Shown one piece after another: positions 10,582 to 22,340 of a DNA stretch of 29,218 bases. The notes beneath the pieces are model-generated. The model saw only the letters and a program-made list of their open reading frames with translations. It did not search any database and was not told the DNA's origin. The DNA comes from Utricularia gibba. Taxonomy: Eukaryota; Plantae; Magnoliophyta. The DNA lies in the NCBI GenBank assembly GCA_002189035.1, contig NEEC01000283.1, positions 1-29,218 of the forward strand. Direction: 5' to 3'. Positions within the stretch are counted from its first letter, which is position 1. Every line of letters starts with the position of its first letter. Position numbers and translations under genes: made by a program.

Positions 10582-13500
10582 AGCTGCCGAAAACCCAACG
10601 TTAATAAATGGATCACTTTTTTTGCCGGGCTACAAATGACTATGGGCCGAGCCCGACCCGACCTCCGGCCCGATCCTGGTGCCCCTCGAGAGCGCCTCCT
10701 CAAATATAAAGCTTGTGGATGAGAAAACCATTTGGGGTGCTCATGACATCCTAACTTCAATAAATGCATCACGATTTTCGTCGAATAGGACCCGATTGGG
10801 CTCAGGAGTCGAACAGAACCTTGGGTCCGGATGAACTTCCCAACGAAAGCACCCACCCAAAAACGACAAGCTTTTCCTTCAGAAACAATGTAGGCAGCTG
10901 CCGAAAACCCAACGTTAATAAATGGATCACTTTTTTTGCCGGGCTACAAATGACTATGGGCCCGAGCCCGACCGACCTCCGGCCGATCCTGTGCCCCTCG
11001 AGAGCGCCTCCTCAAATAAAAAGCTTGTGGATGAGAAAACCATTTGGGGTGCTCATGACATCCTAACTTCAATAAATGCATCACGATTTTCGTCGAATAG
11101 GACCGATTGGGCTCAGGAGTCGAACCGAACCTTGGGTCCGGATGAACTTCCCAACGAAAGCACCCACCCAAAAACGACAAGCTTTTCCTTCAGAAACAAT
11201 GTAGGCAGCTGCCGAAAACCCAACGTTAATAAATGGATCACTTTTTTTGCCGGGCTACAAATGACTATATGGGCCCGAGCCGACCGACCTCCGGCCCGAT
11301 CCTGTGCCCCGAGAGCGCCTCCTCAAATAAAAAGCTTGTGGTTGAGAAAACCATTTGGGGTGCTCATGACATCCTAACTTCAATAAATGCATCACGATTT
11401 TCGTCGAATAGGACCCGATTGGGCTCAGGAGTCGAACCGAACCTTGGGTCCGGATGAACTTCCCAACGAAAGCACCCACCCAAAAACGACAAGCTTTTCC
11501 TTCAGAAACAATGTAGGCAGCTGCCGAAAACCCAACGTTAATAAATGGATCACTTTTTTTTGCCGGGCTACAAATGACTATGGGCCGAGCCGACCCGACC
11601 TCCGCCCGATCCTGGTGCCCTCGAGAGCGCCTCCTCAAATATAAAGCTTGTGGATGAGAAAACCATTTGGGGTGCTCATGACATCCTAACTTCAATAAAT
11701 GCATCACGATTTTCGTCGAATAGGACCCGATTGGGCTCAGGAGTCGAACAGAACCTTGGGTCCGGATGAACTTCCCAACGAAAGCACCCACCAAAAACGA
11801 CAAGCTTTTCCTTCAGAAACCATGTAGGCAGCTGCCGAAAACCCAACGTTAATAAATGGATCACTTTTTTTGCCGGGCTACAAATGACTATGGGCCCGAG
11901 CCCGACCCGACCTCCGGCCCGATCCTGGTGCCCCTCGAGAGCGCCTCCTCAAATATAAAGCTTGTGGATGAGAAAACCATTTGGGGTGCTCATGACATCC
12001 TAACTTCAATAAATGCATCACGATTTTCGTCGAATAGGACCGATTGGGCTCAGGAGTCGAACAGAACCTTGGGTCCGGATGAACTTCCCAACGAAAGCAC
12101 CCACCAAAAACGACAAGCTTTTCCTTCAGAAACCATGTAGGCAGCTGCCGAAAACCCAACGTTAATAATGGATCACTTTTTTTGCCGGGCTACAAATGAC
12201 TATGGCCCGAGCCGACCGACCTCCGGCCCGATCCTGGTGCCCCTCGAGAGCGCCTCCTCAAATATAAAGCTTGTGGATGAGAAAACCATTTGGGGTGCTC
12301 ATGACATCCTAACTTCAAAATGCATCACGATTTTCGTCGAATAGGACCCGATTGGGCTCAGGAGTCGAACCGAACCTTGGGTCCGAAATTCCAACGAAAG
12401 CACCCACCCAAAAACGACAAGCTTTTCCTTCAGAAACAATGTAGGCAGCTGCCGAAAACCCAACGTTAATAAATGGATCACTTTTTTGCCGGGCTACAAA
12501 TGACTATGGGCCCGAGCGACCGACCTCCGGCCCGATCCTGTGCCCCTCGAGAGCGCCTCCTCAAATAAAAGCTTGTGGATGAGAAAACCATTTGGGCTCA
12601 TGACATCCTAACTTCAATAAATGCATCACGATTTTCGTCGAATAGGACCCGATTGGGCTCAGGAGTCGAACCGAACCTTGGGTCCGGATGAATTCCCGAA
12701 AGCACCACCAAAAACGACAAGCTTTTCCTTCAGAAACCATGTAGGCAGCTGCCGAAAACCCAACGGGATCACTTTTTTGCCGGGCTACAAATGACTATGG
12801 GCCGAGCCGACGACCTCCGGCCCGATCCTGTGCCCTCGAGAGCGCCTCCTCAAATAAAAAGCTTGTGGTTGAGAAAACCATTTGGGGTGCTCATGACATC
12901 CTAACTTCAATAAATGCATCACGATTTTCGTCGAATAGGACCCGATTGGGCTCAGGAGTCGAACGAACCTTGGGTCCGGATGAACTTCCCAACGAAAGCA
13001 CCCAACCAAAAACGACAAGCTTTTCCTTCAGAAACAATGTAGGCAGCTGCCGAAAACCCAACGTTAATAAATGGATCACTTTTTTTCCCGGGCTACAAAT
13101 GACTATGGGCCGAGCCCGACCGACCTCCGGCCCGATCCTGGTGCCCTCGAGAGCGCCTCCTCAAATATAAAGCTTGTGGATGAGAAAACCATTTGGGGTG
13201 CTCATGACATCCTAACTTCAAAAAAATGCATCACGATTTTCGTCGAATAGGACCCGATCGGGCTCAGGAGTCGAACAGAACCTTGGGTCCGGATGAACTT
13301 CCCAACGAAAGCACCCACCAAAAACGACAAGCTTTTCCTTCAGAAACAATGTAGGCAGCTGCCGAAAACCCAACGTTAATAAATGGATCACTTTTTTTGC
13401 CGGGCTACAAATGACTATGGGCCCGAGCCCGACGACCTCCGGCCCGATCCTGTGCCCCTCGAGAGCGCCTCCTCAAATATAAAGCTTGTGGATGAGAAAA

Positions 13501-14438
13501 CCATTTGGGGTGCTCATGACATCCTAACTTCAATAAATGCATCACGATTTTCGTCGAATAGGACCCGATTGGGCTCAGGAGTCGAACCGAACCTTGGGTC
13601 CGGATGAACTTCCCAATGAAAGCACCCACCAAAAACGACAAGCTTTTCCTTCAGAAACCATGTAGGCAGCTGCCGAAAACCCAACGTTAATAAATGGATC
13701 ACTTTTTTTGCCGGGCTACAAATGACTATGGGCCCGAGCCCGACCCGACCTCCGGCCCGATCCTGGTGCCCCTCGAGAGCGCTCCTCAAATATAAAGCTT
13801 GTGGATGAGAAAACCATTTGGGGTGCTCATGACATCCTAACTTCAATAAATGCATCACGATTTTCGTCGAATAGGACCCGATTGGGCTCAGGAGTCGAAC
13901 GAACCTTGGGTCCGGATGAACTTCCCAACGAAAGCACCCACCCAAAAAACGACAAGCTTTTCCTTCAGAAACATGTAGGCAGCTGCCGAAAACCAACGTT
14001 AATAAATGGATCACTTTTTTTGCCGGGCTACAAATGACTATGGGCCCGAGTTCGACGCCTCCGCCCGATCCTAGTGCCCCTCGAGAGCGCCTCCTCAAAT
14101 AAAAGCATGTGGATTGAGAAAACCATTTGGGGTGCTCATGACATCCTAACTTCAATAAATGCATCACGATTTTCGTCGAATAGGACCCGATTGGGCTCAG
14201 GAGTCGAACGAACCTTGGGTCCGGATGAACTTCCCAACGAAAGCACCCACCAAAAACGACAAGCTTTTCCTTCAGAAACCATGTAGGCAGCTGCCGAAAA
14301 CCCAACGTTAATAAATGGATCACTTTTTTTGCCGGGCTACAAATGACTATGGGCCCGAGTTCGAAGACCTCCGGCCCGATCCTAGTGCCCCTCGAGAGCG
14401 CCTCCTCAAATAAAAGCATGTGGTTGAGAAAACCATTT

Positions 14439-15869
14439 GAGACATCCTAACTTCATTTGGGAATAGGACCGATGGGCTCATGACATGAACTTCCCAATGA
14501 AAGCACCCCAACCAAAAAGACAAGCTTCCTTCAAAACCATAGGCAATGGATCACTTTTTTTCCGGGCTACAAATGACTATGGGCCCGAGCCCGACCGACC
14601 TTCCTGTCCCCTCGAGATAGGACCATTTGGGGTGCTCATGACATCCTAACTTCAAAAATGCATCACGATTTTCGTCGAATAGGACCGATCGGGCTCAGGA
14701 GTCGAACAGAACCTTGGGTCCGGATGAACTTCCAACGAAAGCACCCACCCAAAAAAGACAAGCTTGGGTCCGAAAACCCAACGAATAAATGGATCACTTC
14801 CGGGCAACGGGCCCGAGTTCGATATGACCTCCGGCCCGATCCTAGTGCCCCTCGAGAGCGCCTCCTCAAATAAAAGCATGTGGTTGAGAAAACCATTTGG
14901 GGTGCTCATGACATCCTAACTTCAATAAATGCATCACGATTTTCGTCGAATAGGACCCGAACCATGTAGGTAGGCAGCTGCGAAAACCCAACGTTAATAA
15001 ATGGATCACTTTTTTTTCAACTATGTCCGCCCGATAGATCCTCAAATGCTTGTGGATGAGAAAACCACTCATGACATTAACTTGCATCACGATTTTCGGA
15101 ATAGGACCCGATACGAAATGATGAACTATGGGGCAGCCCGAGCACTTTTTTTGCCGGGCTACAAATGACTATGGGCCCGATTCGACTGACCTCCGGCCCA
15201 ATCCTAGTGCCCTCGAGAGCGCCTCCTCAAATAAAAGCTTGTGCCCTCATGACATCCTAACTTCAATAAATGCAGAGCGAATACCCCGATCTCTCAAAAC
15301 TATGAAGTTCCCAACGAAAGCACCCACCAAAAAAGACAAGCTTTTCCTTCAGAAACATGTAGGCAGCTGCCGAAAACCCAACGTTAATAATGGATCACTT
15401 TTTTGCCGGGCTACAAATGACTATGGCCCGAGTTCGACATGACCTCCGGCCCGATCCTAGTGCCCCTCGAGAGCGCCTCCTCAAATAAAAAGCTGTGGTT
15501 GAGAAAACCATTTGGGGTGCTCATGACATCCTAACTTCAATAAATGCATCACGATTTTCGTCGAATAGGACCCGATCGGGCTCAGGAGTCGAACGAACCT
15601 TGGTCGGATGAACTTCCCAATGAAAGCACCCACCAAAAACGACAAGCTTTTCCTTCAGAAACAATGTAGGCAGCTGCCGAAAACCCAACGTTAATAAATG
15701 GATCACTTTTTTGCCGGGCTACAAATGACTATGGGCCCGAGCCCGACCCGACCTCGGCCATCCTGGTGCCCCTCGAGAGCGCCTCCTCAAATATAAAGCT
15801 TGTGGATGAGACGAACCATTTGGGGTGCTCATGACATCGTAACTTCAATCCTTCATCACGATTTTCGTC
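14439..15869. other. Degenerate segment of internally deleted and shuffled monomers (real rearrangement or low-quality consensus)
   Basis: Seven monomer-equivalents (starts ~14289, ~14545, ~14770, 14976, ~15135, 15365, 15672) occupy 1581 bp up to 15870 instead of ~2190 bp. All sequence is still satellite-derived. Only unit 15365-15671 is essentially intact. Confidence 0.85.
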
Positions 15870-18800
15870 AGCTGCCGAAAACCCAACGTTAATAAATGGA
15901 TCACTTTTTTTCCCGGGCTACAAATGACTATGGCCCGAGCCCGACCCGACCTCCGGCCCGATCCTGGTGCCCCTCGAGAGCCTCCTCAAATATAAAGCTT
16001 GTGGATGAGAAAACCATTTGGGGTGCTCATGACATCCTAACTTCAATAAATGCATCACGATTTTCGTCGAATAGGACCCGATTGGGCTCAGGAGTCGAAC
16101 CGAACTTGGTCCGGATGAACTTCCCAACGAAAGCACCCACCCAAAAACGACAAGCTTTTCCTTCAGAAACAATGTAGGCAGCTGCCGAAAACCCAACGTT
16201 AATAAATGGATCACTTTTTTTGCCGGGCTACAAATGACTATGGGCCCGAGTTCGAAGACCTCCGGCCCGATCCTAGTGCCCCTCGAGAGCGCCTCCTCAA
16301 ATAAAAAGCTTGTGGTTGAAAACCATTTGGGGTGCTCATGACATCCTAACTTAATAAATGCATCACGATTTTCGTCGAATAGGACCCGATTGGGCTCAGG
16401 AGTCGAAAGAACCTTGGGTCCGGATGAACTTCCCAACGAAAGCACCCAACCAAAAACGACAAGCTTTTCCTTCAGAAACCATGTAGGCAGCTGCCGAAAA
16501 CCCAACGTTAATAAATGGATCACTTTTTTTCCGGGCTACAAATGACTATGGCCCGAGCCCGACCCGACCTCCGGCCCGATCCTGGTGCCCCTCGAGAGCG
16601 CCTCCTCAAATATAAAGCTTGTGGATGAGAAAACCATTTGGGGTGCTCATGACATCCTAACTTCAATAAATGCATCACGATTTTCGTCGAATAGGACCCG
16701 ATTGGGCTCAGGAGTCGAACGAACCTTGGGTCCGGATGAACTTCCCAACGAAAGCACCCACCCAAAAACGACAAGCTTTTCCTTCAGAAACATGTAGGCA
16801 GCTGCCGAAAACCCAACGTTAATAAATGGATCACTTTTTTTGCCGGGCTACAAATGACTATGGGCCCGAGCCCGACCGACCTCCGGCCCGATCCTAGTGC
16901 CCCTCGAGAGCGCCTCCTCAAATAAAAAGCATGTGGTTGAGAAAACCATTGGGGTGCTCATGACATCCTAACTTCAATAAATGCATCACGATTTTCGTCG
17001 AATAGGACCCGATTGGGCTCAGGAGTCGAACCGAACCTTGGGTCCGGATGAACTTCCCAACGAAAGCACCCACAAAAAACGACAAGCTTTTCCTTCAGAA
17101 ACAATGTAGGCAGCTGCCGAAAACCCAACGTTAATAAATGGATCACTTTTTTTGCCGGGCTACAAATGACTATGGGCCCGAGTTCGAAGACCTCCGGCCC
17201 GATCCCCCCTCGAGAGCGCCTCCTCAAATAAAAGCTTGTGGATGAGAAACCATTTGGGGTGCTCATGACATCCTAACTTCAATAAATGCATCACGATTTT
17301 CGTCGAATAGGACCCGATTGGGCTCAGGAGTCGAACCGAACCTTGGGTCCGGATGAACTTCCCAACGAAAGCACCCACCAAAAACGACAAGCTTTTCCTT
17401 CAGAAACCATGTAGGCAGCTGCCGAAAACCCAACGTTAATAAATGGATCTTTTTTTGCCGGGCTACAAATGACTATGGGCCCGAGCCCGACCCGACCTCC
17501 GGCCCGATCCTGGTGCCCCTCGAGAGCGCCTCCTCAAATAAAAGCTTGTGGAGAAAACCATTTGGGGTGCTCATGACATCCTAACTTCAATAAATGCATC
17601 ACGATTTTCGTCGAATAGGACCCGATTGGGCTCAGGAGTCGAACGAACCTTGGGTCCGGATGAACTTCCCAACGAAAGCACCCACCCAAAAACGACAAGC
17701 TTTTCCTTCAGAAACATGTAGGCAGCTGCCGAAAACCCAACGTTAATAAATGGATCACTTTTTTTGCCGGGCTACAAATGACTATGGGCCCGAGTTCGAC
17801 CGACCTCCGGCCCGATCCTAGTGCCCCTCGAGAGCGCCTCCTCAAATAAAAGCTTGTGGATGAGAAAACCATTTGGGGTGCTCATGACATCCTAACTTCA
17901 TAAATGCATCACGATTTTCGTCGAATAGGACCGATTGGGCTCAGGAGTCGAACCGAACCTTGGGTCCGGATGAACTTCCCAACGAAAGCACCCACCAAAA
18001 ACGACAAGCTTTTCCTTCAGAAACCATGTAGCAGCTGCCGAAAACCCAACGTTAATAAATGGATCACTTTTTTTGCCGGGCTACAAATGACTATGGGCCC
18101 GAGCCGACCGACCTCCGGCCCGATCCTGGTGCCCCTCGAGAGCGCCTCCTCAAATAAAAGCTTGTGGATGAGAAAACCATTTGGGGTGCTCATGACATCT
18201 AACTTCAAAAATGCATCACGATTTTCGTCGAATAGGACCCGATGGGCTCAGGAGTCGAACAGAACCTTGGGTCCGGATGAACTTCCCAACGAAAGCACCC
18301 ACCAAAAACGACAAGCTTTTCCTTCAGAAACAATGTAGGCAGCTGCCGAAAACCCAACGTTAATAAATGGATCACTTTTTTTGCCGGGCTACAAATGACT
18401 ATGGGCCCGAGCGACCGACCTCCGGCCCGATCCTAGTGCCCCTCGAGAGCGCCTCCTCAAATAAAAAGCATGTGGTTGAGAAAACCATTTGGGTGCTCAT
18501 GACATCCTAACTTCAATAAATGCATCACGATTTTCGTCGAATAGGACCCGATTGGGCTCAGGAGTCGAACCGAACCTTGGGTCCGGATGAACTTCCCAAC
18601 GAAAGCACCCACCAAAAACGACAAGCTTTTCCTTCAGAAACATGTAGGCAGCTGCCGAAAACCCAACGTTAATAAATGGATCACTTTTTTTGCCGGGCTA
18701 CAAATGACTATGGGCCCGAGCCCGATATGACCTCCGGCCCGATCCTAGTGCCCCTCGAGAGCGCCTCCTCAAATAAAAGCTTGTGGATGAAAACCATTTT

Positions 18801-21800
18801 GGGTGCTCATGACATCCTAACTTCAATAAATGCATCACGATTTTCGTCGAATAGGACCGATTGGGCTCAGGAGTCGAACCGAAACTTGGGTCCGGATGAA
18901 CTTCCCAACGAAAGCACCCACCCAAAAAACGACAAGCTTTTCCTTCAGAAACCATGTAGGCAGCTGCCGAAAACCCAACGTTAATAAATGGATCACTTTT
19001 TTTGCCGGGCTACAAATGACTATGGGCCCGAGTTCGACGACCTCCGGCCCGATCCTAGTGCCCCTCGAGAGCGCCTCCTCAAATAAAAGTTGTGGGAAAA
19101 CCATTTGGGGTGCTCATGACATCCTAACTTCAATAAATGCATCACGATTTTCGTCGAATAGGACCCGATGGGCTCAGAGTCGAACGAACCTTGGGTCCGG
19201 ATGAACTTCCAACGAAAGCACCCACCCAAAAACGACAAGCTTTTCCTTCAGAAACAATGTAGGCAGCTGCCGAAAACCCAACGTTATAAATGGATCACTT
19301 TTTTTGCCGGGCTACAAATGACTATGGGCCCGAGTTCGACGACCTCCGGCCCGATCCTAGTGCCCTCGAGAGCGCCTCCTCAAATAAAAGCTTGTGGATG
19401 AGAAAACCATTTGGGTGCTCATGACATCCTAACTTCAATAAATGCATCACGATTTTCGTCGAATAGGACCGATTGGCTCAGGAGTCGAACCGAAACTTGG
19501 GTCCGGATGAACTTCCCAACGAAAGCACCCACCCAAAAACGACAAGCTTTTCCTTCAGAAACCATGTAGGCAGCTGCCGAAAACCCAACGTTAATAAATG
19601 GATCACTTTTTTGCCGGGCTACAAATGACTATGGGCCCGAGTTCGTGACCTCCGGCCCGATCCTGGTGCCCCTCGAGAGCGCCTCCTCAAATAAAAAGCT
19701 TGTGGTTGAGAAAACCATTTGGGGTGCTCATGACATCCTAACTTCAATAAATGCATCACGATTTTCGTCGAATAGGACCCGATTGGGCTCAGGAGTCGAA
19801 CCGAACCTTGGGTCCGGATGAACTTCCCAACGAAAGCACCCACCAAAAACGACAAGCTTTTCCTTCAGAAACAATGTAGGCAGCTGCCGAAAACCCAACG
19901 TTAATAAATGGATCACTTTTTTTGCCGGGCTACAAATGACTATGGGCCCGAGCCCGACCCGACCTCCGGCCCGATCCTGGTGCCCCTCGAGAGCGCCTCC
20001 TCAAATAAAGCTTGTGGATGAGAAAACCATTTGGGGTGCTCATGACATCCTAACTTCAATAAATGCATCACGATTTTCGTCGAATAGGACCCGATTGGGC
20101 TCAGGAGTCGAACCGAACCTTGGGTCCGGATGAACTTCCCAACGAAAGCACCCACCAAAAACGACAAGCTTTTCCTTCAGAAACATGTAGGCAGCTGCCG
20201 AAAACCCAACGTTAATAAATGGATCACTTTTTTGCCGGGCTACAAATGACTATGGGCCGAGTTCGATATGACCTCCGGCCCGATCCTAGTGCCCTCGAGA
20301 GCGCCTCCTCAAATAAAAAGCATGTGGTTGAGAAAACCATTTGGGGTGCTCATGACATCCTAACTTCAATAAATGCATCACGATTTTCGTCGAATAGGAC
20401 CCGATGGGCTCAGGAGTCGAAAGAACCTTGGGTCCGGATGAACTTCCCAACGAAAGCACCCACCCAAAACGACAAGCTTTTCCTTCAGAAACATGTAGGC
20501 AGCTGCCGAAAACCCAACGTTAATAAATGGATCACTTTTTTTGCCGGGCTACAAATGACTATGGGCCCGAGCCCGACCCGACCTCCGGCCGATCCTGGTG
20601 CCCCTCGAGAGCGCCTCCTCAAATATAAAGCTTGTGGATGAAAACCATTTGGGGTGCTCATGACATCCTAACTTCAATAAATGCATCGATTTTCGTCGAA
20701 TAGGACCCGATGGGCTCAGGAGTCGAACAGAACCTTGGGTCCGGATGAACTTCCCAACGAAAGCACCCACCAAAAACGACAAGCTTTTCCTTCAGAAACA
20801 TGTAGGCAGCTGCCGAAAACCCAACGTTAATAAATGGATCACTTTTTTTGCCGGGCTACAAATGACTATGGGCCCGAGTTCGGACCTCCGGCCCGATCCT
20901 AGTGCCCCTCGAGAGCGCCTCCTCAAATAAAAGCTTGTGGATGAGAAAACCATTTGGGTGCTCATGACATCCTAACTTCAATAAATGCATCACGATTTTC
21001 GTCCCGATTGGGCTCAGGAGTCGAACCGAACTTGGGTCCGGATGAACTTCCCAACGAAAGCACCCACCAAAAACGACAAGCTTTTCCTTCAGAAACCATG
21101 TAGGCAGCTGCCGAAAACCCAACGTTAAAATGGATCACTTTTTTGCCGGGCTACAAATGACTATGGGCCCGAGCCCGACCGACCTCCGGCCCGATCCTGG
21201 TGCCCCTCGAGAGCGCCTCCTCAAATAAAGCTTGTGGATGAGAAAACCATTTGGGGTGCTCATGACATCCTAACTTCAATAAATGCATCACGATTTTCGT
21301 CGAATAGGACCCGATGGGCTCAGGAGTCGAACAGAACCTTGGGTCCGGATGAACTTCCCAACGAAAGCACCCACCCAAAAACGACAAGCTTTTCCTTCAG
21401 AAACAATGTAGGCAGCTGCCGAAAACCCAACGTTAATAAATGGATCACTTTTTTTGCCGGGCTACAATGACTATGGGCCCGAGTTCGACGACCTCCGGCC
21501 CGATCCTAGTGCCCCTCGAGAGCGCCTCCTCAAATAAAAAGCATGTGGTTGAGAAAACCATTGGGGTGCTCATGACATCCTAACTTCAATAAATGCATCA
21601 CGATTTTCGTCGAATAGGACCCGATTGGGCTCAGGAGTCGAAAAGAACCTTGGGTCCGGATGAACTTCCCAACGAAAGCACCCACCAAAACGACAAGCTT
21701 TTCCTTCAGAAACAATGTAGGCAGCTGCCGAAAACCCAACGTTAATAAATGGATCACTTTTTTTTGCCGGGCTACAAATGACTATGGGCCCGAGTTCGAA

Positions 21801-22340
21801 GACCTCCGGCCCGATCCTAGTGCCCCTCGAGAGCGCCTCCTCAAATAAAAGCTTGTGGTTGAGAAAACCATTTGGGTGCTCATGACATCCTAACTTCAAT
21901 AAATGCATCACGATTTTCGTCGAATAGGACCGATTGGGCTCAGGAGTCGAACCGAACCTTGGGTCCGGATGAACTTCCCAACGAAAGCACCCACCCAAAA
22001 ACGACAAGCTTTTCCTTCAGAAACCATGTAGGCAGCTGCCGAAAACCCAACGTTAATAAATGGATCACTTTTTTGCCGGGCTACAAATGACTATGGGCCC
22101 GAGCCCGACGACCTCCGGCCCGATCCTAGTGCCCCTCGAGAGCGCCTCCTCAAATAAAAGCTTGTGGGAGAAAACCATTTGGGGTGCTCATGACATCCTA
22201 ACTTCAATAAATGCATCACGATTTTCGTCGAATAGGACCCGATGGGCTCAGAGTCGAACAGAACCTTGGGTCCGGATGAACTTCCCAACGAAAGCACCCA
22301 CCCAAAAACGACAAGCTTTTCCTTCAGAAACAATGTAGGC

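Larger units (their letters stand above)
1..14040. repeat. Left sub-array: only 'C-type' monomers (GAGCCCGACCCGACC / GATCCTGGTG)
   Basis: By eye, no GAGTTCGA and no GATCCTAGTG occurs before 14041. The CCGGACGAAC allele is present only here (19 of units 1-34). Confidence 0.8.

Noticed and set aside
12130-12840. Cluster of small deletions in units 40-42 (e.g. CAACG-GGATC at ~12765), plus isolated ones at ~17201, ~21001 and ~25951
   Set aside because: These are scattered 1-10 bp losses with no shared pattern, best explained as local sequence-quality dips. They are not informative without reads.
13514-14419. Longest ORF (301 aa, minus strand), suggesting a tandem-repeat protein
   Set aside because: It stays open only because local indels move the frame past the per-monomer stops for three units. 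Neighbouring units break at different places, so there is no conserved reading frame.
14439-15869. Transposon insertion or inversion as the cause of the disrupted zone
   Set aside because: Nearly all of the zone traces to plus-strand monomer fragments. I see no foreign sequence, terminal repeat, target-site duplication or reverse-oriented monomer here or elsewhere in the window.
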